Positions 1-8,412 of a stretch of DNA of 64,000 nucleotides are shown here, one piece after another. Where the stretch lies: positions 2,720,001-2,784,000 of the forward strand of contig CBDETK010000013.1 of NCBI GenBank assembly GCA_965242865.1. Direction: 5' to 3'. This stretch comes from Candidatus Latescibacterota bacterium (GTDB taxonomy: Bacteria > Latescibacterota > UBA2968 > UBA8231). The notes under the pieces are model-generated. The model was given only the letters and a program-made list of their open reading frames with translations, made no database searches and was not told where the DNA came from. The position numbers were made by a program, and so were the translations under genes. Numbering within the stretch: the first letter of the stretch is position 1; every line of letters begins with the position of its first letter.

Positions 1-1
1 G

Positions 2-1264
2 CATTTACTCTCGTCCGGTGCTCGCCTCGCCTATGGTGGCGATCTGCGGAAGGACGGATTTACGGAATGGTTGTTTGAACTGGTGCGTCGCTACCGGCGC
101 GAGACGAGTGAAACCCAGATTGGCGTGACCAATTACCTCGCATGGCCGAACCATATAAGCATGTCCGCGGACGAACTCGAAAAAATTTCTAACAGCTTTA
201 ACGACACTGGAGAATTGGTCTGCCTAACGCAGGATGGCCGCTTTTTGGAACCGCGGAAATGGCGCAAACGTGTATTGCACCAGCCAAGCACTGAGGAATG
301 GGCCATCGGATTGACCGCCATGCGGCGCGTCATGCGCGAGGCGACCCAAGCGAGAGTCGTATTAGGTGGGAAAGTCGCCGGTTACAAAGGCACTATGCCC
401 GGCATTGCGGAGGAAGCCCTGCTGTCGCTCCAGAAACGTCAGCCGCTGTTCCTGTTGGGTGGCTTCGGCGGCTGTACCCGGGACATTGCCGAGACCCTCG
501 GGCTGGTTGAGCGTTGGGCAGGCTCCCGCTCTGCTTGGCCGGGCCGCCAGAAATTCGCGGCGTTCTCGCCCGATACTGGCTTGAGCAATGGGCTTTCGGA
601 GGATGAAAACGCCACCCTCGCCCATACACCGCATATAGATCAAGCAACCATACTGGTCATGCAGGGGCTACACCGACTTGGACTCCAAAAGGAGAAAGAT
701 ATGAGCCAAACGAATAGGCACAAAGTATTCGTCAGTTTCCATCACGAAGATCAAGAGTACAAGGACCTGTTCGTCCGCATGATGGGAGACGATATGGTGG
801 ATAGATCGGTTGAAGATGGCGACATAGGTGACCTCAATATCAAAACGGAAACTCTGCGCCAAAAAATCCGCGACGACTTCATTGCCGACGCAACTGTAAC
901 GATTGTGTTGATTGGCCCTTGCACTTGGAAACGGAAGCATGTGGATTGGGAGATCGGATCCAGCTTGAGGAAAACGGATAATAACCCCCGCTGCGGTCTG
1001 TTGGGGATTCTGTTGCCCAATCACCCAGATTTTGGGACGGGAAAGTACCATCCTCACCTGATACCGCCGAGGCTGGCGGATAACTGCGGAGACGATGCCC
1101 CCTACGCCTGCATTTACAATTGGCCCGGCCAGCAGGCGACGGGTCAGATTCGCCAATGGATTCACAAGGCATTTCTAAGAAAAGATGGAACGCCGCCCGA
1201 CAACAGTCGGGATCTGTTTGGAAAAAACAGGGGCGGCGATTGTTCAGAGGGCTGGGTGGACTAG
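2..1264 (+). CDS. SLOG (cluster-2-like) domain fused in frame to a ThsB/MTH538-like TIR domain; 5'-partial
   Basis: The frame is open from base 2 (HLLSSGARLAYGGDLRKDGFTE). SLOG motifs: YGGDLR, ARVVLGGK..GY.G.MPGIAEE, LLGGFGG. C-terminal TIR motifs: HKVFVSFHHED, VTIVLIG..T..RKHVDWEI. An internal AAGGAG precedes an in-frame ATG at 701. Confidence 0.8.
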   Translation, partial: HLLSSGARLAYGGDLRKDGFTEWLFELVRRYRRETSETQIGVTNYLAWPNHISMSADELEKISNSFNDTGELVCLTQDGRFLEPRKWRKRVLHQPSTEEWAIGLTAMRRVMREATQARVVLGGKVAGYKGTMPGIAEEALLSLQKRQPLFLLGGFGGCTRDIAETLGLVERWAGSRSAWPGRQKFAAFSPDTGLSNGLSEDENATLAHTPHIDQATILVMQGLHRLGLQKEKDMSQTNRHKVFVSFHHEDQEYKDLFVRMMGDDMVDRSVEDGDIGDLNIKTETLRQKIRDDFIADATVTIVLIGPCTWKRKHVDWEIGSSLRKTDNNPRCGLLGILLPNHPDFGTGKYHPHLIPPRLADNCGDDAPYACIYNWPGQQATGQIRQWIHKAFLRKDGTPPDNSRDLFGKNRGGDCSEGWVD

Positions 1265-1318
1265 ATCGGCGTGTGGGCGTTGGGCGATAAATCATTAGTT
1301 GTGACTCGGGATGGTGGA

Positions 1319-2716
1319 ATGGCTACAAACCTGAAACCCTACCCCTCCTACAAGCCCTCCGGCGTCGAGTGGCTCGGCGAGGTGCCCGCGCATTGGGAGG
1401 TGCGACGAGTCAAGCACGCATTTAGACGAATCGTCGGAGGATCAACGCCATTGAGCAACGAGATGGCCTACTGGGATGGCACGATTATTTGGGTCACGCC
1501 AACCGACATCGGCAGAGTGACACGGTTGCGGGACTCTCTGCGTCGGATTACGAGAAAGGGGTTTGACTCTTGCTCCGCTACATTAGTGCCTGTTGGAAGT
1601 TTAGTGGTCACGTCGAGAGCACCCGTAGGAAACGTGGCTCTTGCAGAAGTCCCGCTCTGTACCAATCAAGGTTGCAAAGCCTTGGTTCCAGATAGCCAAG
1701 TCATTGCTTCTGCCTATGGCTATCAAGTGTTTGGGATACTCAAAGATGAGCTTCAGAGCTTGGCCAATGGCACTACATTTACCGAAATTTCAACCAACGC
1801 TCTCGGAAATGTTTTATTGCCCATCCCGCCCCTCCCCGAGCAAGCCGCCATCGTCCGCTATCTCGACCACACCGACGGACGCATTCGCCGCTACCTCCGC
1901 AGCCGGAAACGGCTCATCGAGTTGCTCAAAGAGTATCGACAGGCCGTCGTCCACGAGGCGGTCACACGCGGGCTTGACCCGGACGTGTCCCTCAAGCCCT
2001 CCGGCGTCGAGTGGCTCGGCGACGTACCGACGCATTGGGAGGTGCGACGACTGCGATACGCTGTTAAAATGAAGGTGAGTAACGTTGATAAACACAGCAA
2101 AGACGAAGAGCTTCCCGTCCGACTTTGCAATTATGTTGACGTGTACAAAAACGACCGCATTACCGAGAGGGTGCCGTTTATGAGAGCCACGGCAAAGGTG
2201 GATGAAATGGATCGCTTCCGGTTAGAAATAGGCGACGTTCTGATTACCAAAGATTCGGAAGTATGGAACGACATTGGGGTGCCTGCGTTTGTTGAGTATT
2301 CGGCAAGAGATTTGGTTTGCGGGTATCATTTGGCCTTGTTGCGTTCAATGAAGAGTGTGCTCAATGGTGCGTATCTATTCTATTCTTTACAGAGTTCGGC
2401 GATTGCTTCTCAGTTCCATATCGCGGCCAACGGGGTAACTCGCTATGGCTTGTCTCATCATGCCATCAAATCCGCGCTTTTGCCCATTCCATCCCTCGCC
2501 GAGCAAGCCGCCATCGTCCGCTATCTCGACAAACAGACCGCCGCCATCGACGCTGCCATGGCTCGCGCCCAGCAGGAGATCGAATTGTTGAGCGAATACC
2601 GTATCCGTCTGATTGCCGACGTGGTCACCGGCCAAGTGGATGTGCGCGAGGCAGCCGAACTATCTTATCTCGGACAAGGTGATAGCACCAAAGGCGATGG
2701 TGGAGAAGGTAGCTAG
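1319..2716 (+). CDS. hsdS: Type I restriction-modification specificity subunit
   Basis: Two-TRD architecture with repeated KPSGVEWLG.VP.HW and P.L.EQAAIVRYLD blocks; C-terminal EYR.RLIADVVTGQVDVR. Start placed at ATG 1319. Confidence 0.95.
   Translation: MATNLKPYPSYKPSGVEWLGEVPAHWEVRRVKHAFRRIVGGSTPLSNEMAYWDGTIIWVTPTDIGRVTRLRDSLRRITRKGFDSCSATLVPVGSLVVTSRAPVGNVALAEVPLCTNQGCKALVPDSQVIASAYGYQVFGILKDELQSLANGTTFTEISTNALGNVLLPIPPLPEQAAIVRYLDHTDGRIRRYLRSRKRLIELLKEYRQAVVHEAVTRGLDPDVSLKPSGVEWLGDVPTHWEVRRLRYAVKMKVSNVDKHSKDEELPVRLCNYVDVYKNDRITERVPFMRATAKVDEMDRFRLEIGDVLITKDSEVWNDIGVPAFVEYSARDLVCGYHLALLRSMKSVLNGAYLFYSLQSSAIASQFHIAANGVTRYGLSHHAIKSALLPIPSLAEQAAIVRYLDKQTAAIDAAMARAQQEIELLSEYRIRLIADVVTGQVDVREAAELSYLGQGDSTKGDGGEGS
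1333..1376 (+). repeat. 44-bp direct repeat, copy 1 (hsdS 5' conserved block); copy 2 at 13520-13563
   Basis: gaaaccctacccctcctacaagccctccggcgtcgagtggctcg versus gaaaccctacccatcctacaagtcctccggcggcgagtggctcg; 41/44 identical by manual alignment. Confidence 0.95.
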
Positions 2717-2743
2717 CACTGGAAAACTCAGGAGGAGTGCAAA

Positions 2744-4834
2744 ATGAAATTGACCATAAAGCAGTTTCGAGTTCTGAATTACCGCAACATTGACGATAGC
2801 GGCTGGATCCCACTCGAGCGCGTGACGGCTTTTGTTGGCCGGAACGAATCCGGCAAGACTACTCTGCTAAAGGCCCTGCACAAGTTCAATCCGGCAACCA
2901 CTGAGCCTTACAACGCGCAATGGGATTTTCCGCGTGACCGATTCACGGCTGAGTATCGAGATGGTAGCAAATGGCCGGTTTGTGAGGTAGAATTTGAACT
3001 TTCGGCTGAATTTCAACAGGAACTTAGGGAACAGTTGAACGGTTCTGAGATACCGAATAAGGCGATTTTGACGCGATTCTATGACGGGTCTCTAAAGTTC
3101 AAATACGACATAGAGATTCCGCTGGACCTGATTGATCCTGATGAGTTACAAGAGACGCTGAATGTATTCGCGAAAGAGGCACGGCGGCTTTCGTCCCCAG
3201 ACTATCAAGAGCATGAAATGCAAGGGATCAGGACAAATCTGGCGAATTGGGCTGATGAAAAGAAAGACGCTATTGCGGGATTCCAAGATTTGCGAACCGA
3301 TGAAGGTGTTAGACTGTTGCGCCAAGTGAGGGAAGAAGTGAACAGATTTGCACATCCTACAACGGCCGATCTCATTGAGGTTCTAAATGAGAAGGTCAAT
3401 TGTCTGCTCAGCCAAGCTGAAAAGCCCTCAATTCCAGAACAGCTTGATAAAGCTGTCGAGAGTGAGCTGCCTGTTTTTATTTATTTTGAGAACTATGGAA
3501 TCCTTGACAGCGCGGTGTACTTGCCGCGATTCTTGGAGGATTTGAGGTCGAAACAGCAAGTTTCGCGTATTCGGACTATCAATGCGATGTTCAAACATGT
3601 TAATCTCACTGCCAAAGAAATTGCAGATTTAGGCGATGGAGAGACAAGACAAGCACGCAGATATGGTTCTCAAGTTACCGAAGGTATGATTCAAAATGAT
3701 CAGGAGCAGGTGGCTCTGCGAAGTATCAAGTTAAACTCGGCATCTAATGATATTTCAAAAAAATTTAGCCAGTGGTTTGGTCAGAGGCGACACAAAATCA
3801 GCTATCAGGCTGACGGCGATTATTTTCGTATATGGGTATCTGACGATCGAAGACCAAATGTGGATATAGAATTGGAAAGTCGTAGCAAAGGCTTTCAATG
3901 GTTCTTCTCGTTTTACTTGCTGTTTTTGGTGGAATCAGAGGAAGGGCACAAGGACGCTGTCTTACTATTAGACGAGCCGGGGTTACACTTGCACCCAACC
4001 GCACAGCAAGAACTACTATCGTTTTTTGAAAAATTGTCGGAAGATAATCCGCTTATCTACACCACGCACTCTCCGTTCTTGATAGATGGCGAGTATATAC
4101 ACCGCGTTCGGCCTGTAACCGAAGATGAAACCGGACATTCGCGCATCAGTATCGATGGCTGGCCGAAAGACAGGGAAACGATTTTCCCTCTGCAAGCGGC
4201 GGCGGGTTACGCAATGGTACGCGGGCTTTTCCAGCATAAAAAGAACGTGTTGGTGGAAGGGATGGCGGATTACCTTTATCTCCACAGTCTGAATCTTCAT
4301 TGTCGTGCTCTCAGGCGTCAGAGTTTATCTGACGATATCTACATAACGCCGTGTGGAGGAACCAAAAACGTTGGTCATATCGCGTCGTTGTTCCTTGGGC
4401 AGAAAGTGCGTCCGGTGATCTTGCTTGATGGCGACACTGCTGGGAGGGCACGGCGAGATTCCCTGATGAAGGAATTGTATGCGGGCAATGAAAAGGCAGT
4501 ATTGATGTTGGGAGATGTGTTAGACCAAGAGGAGTGCGAGGTTGAGGATATCATTGGTGAGGAGACAATTCTGGCAGCACTGAGTGAGTTCGTTGACAAG
4601 ACAGTAAGTCTGAACCAAGATGATCGTAACCGAGGTAGCCTCGTTGACCAAATCAGGTGTGCTACTGATCGAGATAACATAGAGTTGCCAGAAGGCTGGA
4701 AGCCAGAGGTTGCGCGCCAGATCGTCTTATCGTGGTCGACGGCTAAGTCAACAGAAATACCGGAAGACATTTTGGATAGGGCAGAGAGACTATTCAAGGA
4801 ATTGACGAGGCGTTTTGAAGATATAGATCTGTAA
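2744..4834 (+). CDS. OLD-family ATP-dependent nuclease (ABC/AAA_15-type ATPase plus TOPRIM)
   Basis: Walker A GRNESGKT, signature SKG, Walker B LLLDEPGLHLHP, H-loop TTHSP, TOPRIM LVEG..D and LLDGD..G. RBS AGGAGG; lower GC than the flanks. Confidence 0.85.
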   Translation: MKLTIKQFRVLNYRNIDDSGWIPLERVTAFVGRNESGKTTLLKALHKFNPATTEPYNAQWDFPRDRFTAEYRDGSKWPVCEVEFELSAEFQQELREQLNGSEIPNKAILTRFYDGSLKFKYDIEIPLDLIDPDELQETLNVFAKEARRLSSPDYQEHEMQGIRTNLANWADEKKDAIAGFQDLRTDEGVRLLRQVREEVNRFAHPTTADLIEVLNEKVNCLLSQAEKPSIPEQLDKAVESELPVFIYFENYGILDSAVYLPRFLEDLRSKQQVSRIRTINAMFKHVNLTAKEIADLGDGETRQARRYGSQVTEGMIQNDQEQVALRSIKLNSASNDISKKFSQWFGQRRHKISYQADGDYFRIWVSDDRRPNVDIELESRSKGFQWFFSFYLLFLVESEEGHKDAVLLLDEPGLHLHPTAQQELLSFFEKLSEDNPLIYTTHSPFLIDGEYIHRVRPVTEDETGHSRISIDGWPKDRETIFPLQAAAGYAMVRGLFQHKKNVLVEGMADYLYLHSLNLHCRALRRQSLSDDIYITPCGGTKNVGHIASLFLGQKVRPVILLDGDTAGRARRDSLMKELYAGNEKAVLMLGDVLDQEECEVEDIIGEETILAALSEFVDKTVSLNQDDRNRGSLVDQIRCATDRDNIELPEGWKPEVARQIVLSWSTAKSTEIPEDILDRAERLFKELTRRFEDIDL

Positions 4835-4870
4835 ATTAAGGACGTTCCGTGTAGGGAAGGCAAACCGACC

Positions 4871-5929
4871 ATGATCAAATACAAGACCGGCGACATTCTC
4901 GCGGAAGATGCCGAAGCTCTGGTCAACACCGTCAACTGCGTCGGGGTCATGGGGCGTGGCATCGCGCTACAGTTCAAGCGTGCCTTTCCCGAAAATTTCA
5001 AAGCCTACGCCGCACGGTGCAAGCGCGGCGCAATGCAACCGGGACAGGTGTTCGTCTTCGAGACCGGGCAACTTATCCATCCCCATTACATCATCAACTT
5101 TCCCACCAAACGGCACTGGCGGGGCAAAAGCCGCTTGGAGGATATCGAATCCGGCTTGGTGTCGCTCGCAACAGAAATACGAACGCGGGGCATCCGCTCC
5201 ATTGCCATCCCCCCGCTTGGCAGCGGGCTGGGTGGCTTGGAGTGGTCGGAAGTACGCCGGCGTGTGCAGGCGGCTTTGGAGAAATTTGACGATGTGAAGG
5301 TCGTCGTATTTGAGCCTAGCGGCCCGGTGGATCAAAGGGCCAATCGTTCGCGCGAGGTCCCGGAAATGACAGCAGGACGGGCCGCGCTTATCGGGCTAAT
5401 GGACCGCTACCTACGCGGTCTGCTGGATCCATTCATTACCCTGCTCGAAGTACACAAGCTCATGTACTTCATGCAGACCGCTGGCGAGCCGTTGAGGCTG
5501 CGATTCGCCAAAGGTCCTTACGGTCCTTACGCCGATAACCTCCGGCACGTCTTGCATGCCATGGAAGGACACTTTGTGTCCGGTTACGCAGACGGGGGCG
5601 ATGCTCCCCACAAAGAATTGGAACTGGTGCCGGGTGCGCTTGAGGATGCACGCACCTTTCTCGCGAACACGCCGCAAACGCCCGCCCGCTTTGAAAAGGT
5701 GGCCGCCCTCGTTGAGGGGTTTGAGTCGTCCTTTGGCTTGGAATTGCTGGCCACCGTCCATTGGGTCGTCCGCGAAGAGCAGGCATCGACCCTTGCCGAG
5801 GTCGTCGAGCGAACCTATATGTGGAACGAGCGAAAGAGACAGTTCACCCGCCGACAACTCGGCATTGCCCTCGATGTGCTCGCCGAGAAGAACTGGATAG
5901 AAGGCCCCCGCGCACCCCACACCCCATGA
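4871..5929 (+). CDS. darG: DarG-type macrodomain ADP-ribosylglycohydrolase (antitoxin); no adjacent darT
   Basis: N-terminal macrodomain GDIL...ALVNTVNCVGVMGRGIALQFK, IINFPTK.HW, SIAIPPLG.G.GGL.W. C-terminal domain LLEVHKLMYFMQ, GPYGPY, GFES.FGLELLATVHW. Confidence 0.9.
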   Translation: MIKYKTGDILAEDAEALVNTVNCVGVMGRGIALQFKRAFPENFKAYAARCKRGAMQPGQVFVFETGQLIHPHYIINFPTKRHWRGKSRLEDIESGLVSLATEIRTRGIRSIAIPPLGSGLGGLEWSEVRRRVQAALEKFDDVKVVVFEPSGPVDQRANRSREVPEMTAGRAALIGLMDRYLRGLLDPFITLLEVHKLMYFMQTAGEPLRLRFAKGPYGPYADNLRHVLHAMEGHFVSGYADGGDAPHKELELVPGALEDARTFLANTPQTPARFEKVAALVEGFESSFGLELLATVHWVVREEQASTLAEVVERTYMWNERKRQFTRRQLGIALDVLAEKNWIEGPRAPHTP

Positions 5930-5930
5930 C

Positions 5931-6000
5931 CGCCGCCATGGCCCGCGCCCAGCGGGAGATCGAATTGCTGAGCGAATACCGGACGCGCCTGATCGCCGAT
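5931..6000 (+). repeat. Diverged copy of the hsdS 3' conserved segment (2551-2620)
   Basis: 60/70 nt identical by manual alignment; encodes AAMARAQREIELLSEYRTRLIAD versus AAMARAQQEIELLSEYRIRLIAD in hsdS. Confidence 0.92.
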
Positions 6001-6002
6001 AA

Positions 6003-6176
6003 GTGGGCGAAAAGCATAAGCATCGGTGGTCCGAACGGTATCGGGACAAGGAAGCCTATATTCCGAATGACATCACCGCGTCGATTGCGGAACCCGCGGA
6101 TGTTTGGAAGCAATTTTGTGGAGAAGCGGGTATTGAACACAATGGTAGGATGAACCCACCGGAGATATTCCAATGA
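6003..6176 (+). pseudogene. 3' half of a small DUF6978-like gene, the usual upstream partner of DUF1828; 5'-truncated
   Basis: Reads VGEKHKHRWSERYRDKEAYIPNDIT...VWKQFCGEAGIEH..., is preceded by an in-frame TAA at the junction with the hsdS fragment, and ends in an ATGA overlap with the next gene. Family recalled from memory. Confidence 0.6.
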
Positions 6177-6937
6177 ACCATAGAGATATACAGGACGAAA
6201 TCGGCGCGTTGTTCACGTGTACGGAGCACGGCGACTATCAGCGGATTCGCACGCCGTATTTGTATCCCGATGGCGACAATATCGACCTGTTCTGCGCGGT
6301 CGATGGCGATGCGATAACCGTAACCGATCTCGCCGAGACCACGGGCTGGCTTTGGATGCAGTCGCTGTCGTTGCGGCGTTCTCCCAAGCAGAACCGCCTC
6401 ATTGAAGACACTTGTGTTACGCACGGGGTTGAGTTCTATCGCGGTATGCTCCAAGCGCGGTGTCGGCCCGGCGACTCGTTGGCCGCGGCGGTTACGCGCG
6501 TGGCGCAAGCGGCCCTGCGGGTCTCTGACCTGTGGTTCACGTTCCGAACTCGCGCCTTTGAATCAGTCACCGATGAAGTGGCTGCCTACCTGACCGAACG
6601 CGCATTGCCCTTTGATCGAGCCGAAAAATTAGTCGGTCGCTCAGGGCGCGATTGGACCATAGACTTCCGCATTCGCACCGGCGAGCGTAGTGCGCTAGTC
6701 TATGTGTTGAGCACCGGAAATCGATCCTCGGCACCTAAAGTCACCGAGCACGTACTGGCCGCTTGGCACGATCTATACCATCTCGCAACGGGTGCTGAAG
6801 CACTGCATTTCGTTTCCCTTTTTGACGACACCGCCGATGTTTGGGCAACGGCAGACTTCCATCTCGTCGAATCGCTGTCCACCGTGTCGCGCTGGTCAAA
6901 GCCGGATGAGTTCGCCGAAGTGTTGACGGAGGCTTGA
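6173..6937 (+). CDS. DUF1828/DUF1829-like protein
   Basis: IRTPYLYPDGDNIDLF and ITVTDLAET N-terminal pattern; C-terminal L.GRSG..W.IDF restriction-endonuclease-like segment. Confidence 0.7.
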   Translation: MNHRDIQDEIGALFTCTEHGDYQRIRTPYLYPDGDNIDLFCAVDGDAITVTDLAETTGWLWMQSLSLRRSPKQNRLIEDTCVTHGVEFYRGMLQARCRPGDSLAAAVTRVAQAALRVSDLWFTFRTRAFESVTDEVAAYLTERALPFDRAEKLVGRSGRDWTIDFRIRTGERSALVYVLSTGNRSSAPKVTEHVLAAWHDLYHLATGAEALHFVSLFDDTADVWATADFHLVESLSTVSRWSKPDEFAEVLTEA

Positions 6938-7014
6938 GATGCTCCCCACAAAGAATTGGAACTGGTGCCGGGTGCGCTTGAGGATGCACGCACCTTTCTC
7001 GCGAACACGCCGCA
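6938..7014 (+). repeat. Exact 77-bp copy of internal darG sequence 5600-5676
   Basis: gatgctccccacaaagaattgg...gcgaacacgccgca is identical at both positions and starts immediately after the DUF1828 stop codon. Confidence 0.97.
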
Positions 7015-7132
7015 TCCACAAACCATCTTCGGTCATAACGGATATCATTGCCCTTTTCGCGCCTTTCGCGTATTTCGTAGTAGAGTGCAACCGCTACGAT
7101 AGAAGAACCGCCCAACGAGGATAACCGGAACC

Positions 7133-8290
7133 ATGGGGAGCCGACGCTTGCAGATAACCTTGCAACCAGCCGTGTTGCAGTGGGCGCGAGAACGTGCGGG
7201 CATTAGCTTGGAGGAATTGGCCTGCAAAGCAAAGGTCAGCCAAGAGCGCGTACTAGAGTGGGAACGTTCCGGCAAAATCAGCATTGCCCAAGCCGACCGG
7301 CTCGCCGATTGCACCCATACGCCCCTCGGCCTTCTGTATTTGACCTATCCACCTGCCGAGCCCCTTCCAATAGCGGATTTCAGGACGCGGACCGATGACC
7401 CGCCCCCGCACTCAAGTCCCGACTTGCTCGAGACGGTCTATCTCATGCAGCGGCGCCAGTCTTGGATGCGCGACGAACTCATTGAGAGCGGCACGGAGCC
7501 GCTGGCCTACATCGGTGCTTATGAGCTAGATGAGTCGCCCTTACAAATGGCGGCAGCGATGCGCCAGTTGCTGAAACTCGCCGACGGTTGGGCGGCGGTG
7601 GAAGGCTCTTGGACCAATGCGCTGGGACTTATGCGAGATCGGGCTGAAGCGGCTGGCGTGTTGGTGGTTTTCAATGGCATCGTGGGCAACAATACGCGCC
7701 GCAAACTGGACCCGGACGAGTTCCAAGGTTTTGCCCTCGTGGATGCGTATGCCCCGCTCATTTTTGTCAATGGGGCCGACGTCAAAGCCGCGCAGATATT
7801 TACCCTAGCTCACGAGTTGGCGCATCTCTTCGTCGGAGAATCTGGTTTATCCAAGTTCGTCGACCTCGATCCAGGACACCATGCAATCGAACAGTTCTGC
7901 AACGAGGCGGCTGCCGAATTTCTGGTCCCGGAGCAGGACTTACGCGCTTTTTGGCCCACAGCCAAGTCGTCTGCCGACCCCTATCAAACCCTTGCCCGGC
8001 ACTTCAAGGTGAGCTCTATCGTAGGTGCTCGCCGCGCTCTGGATATCAGTTTGATCAGCCGAGACGCCTTCCATCAATTTTATCGCGCCTATCAGGAAGA
8101 CCAGCACCAACGAAGATCAGGCGGCGATTTTTGGAATCTTCCCAAATGGCGCATCGGCCCCAAGTTTGCCGCCGCCGTGATTCGTGCGACCAAGGCGGGT
8201 CGCTTGTCCTATCGCGATGCGTATGCGCTCACTGGGTTAAAAGGGACCAGCTTTGAAAAGCTAACCGATAAGATGGGTATTCAGCTATAA
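7133..8290 (+). CDS. XRE-HTH plus ImmA/IrrE (COG2856-like) Zn metallopeptidase; probable antitoxin or regulator
   Basis: N-terminal HTH (LQWARERAGISLEELA...WE.SG), FQGFALVD..APLIFVN, FTLAHELAH (HExxH), EQFCNEAAAEFLVP. Confidence 0.9.
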   Translation: MGSRRLQITLQPAVLQWARERAGISLEELACKAKVSQERVLEWERSGKISIAQADRLADCTHTPLGLLYLTYPPAEPLPIADFRTRTDDPPPHSSPDLLETVYLMQRRQSWMRDELIESGTEPLAYIGAYELDESPLQMAAAMRQLLKLADGWAAVEGSWTNALGLMRDRAEAAGVLVVFNGIVGNNTRRKLDPDEFQGFALVDAYAPLIFVNGADVKAAQIFTLAHELAHLFVGESGLSKFVDLDPGHHAIEQFCNEAAAEFLVPEQDLRAFWPTAKSSADPYQTLARHFKVSSIVGARRALDISLISRDAFHQFYRAYQEDQHQRRSGGDFWNLPKWRIGPKFAAAVIRATKAGRLSYRDAYALTGLKGTSFEKLTDKMGIQL

Positions 8291-8412
8291 TGAGTTGGTA
8301 TCAATCTTTGCGCGTACTCGATGCCAATGTCTGCCGTCAGTTCGGCGTCCGTTATCAGGATACCTATGCCATGCTGAGCGACCTCAACGTTCAATTCGAG
8401 TGGAAGCGATGA
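8290..8412 (+). pseudogene. DUF4411-like PIN-domain gene collapsed to 40 codons by an internal in-frame deletion
   Basis: MSWYQSLRVLDANV|CRQFGVRYQDTYAMLSDLNVQFEWKR joins a PIN-type N-terminus (LDANV) to a DUF4411-type C-terminus. It overlaps the upstream stop (TAATG) and the hsdR start (ATGA). Confidence 0.7.

Noticed and set aside
1828-2530. Internal hsdS repeats (1351-1380 vs 1993-2022; the two EQAAIVRYLD blocks)
   Set aside because: These are the normal two-fold architecture of HsdS.
2744-4834. Gabija or retron assignment for the OLD gene
   Set aside because: No UvrD-like helicase or reverse transcriptase is adjacent.
5761-6153. 130-aa ORF spanning the darG end
   Set aside because: A chimeric frame made of off-frame darG, the hsdS fragment and off-frame partner remnant.
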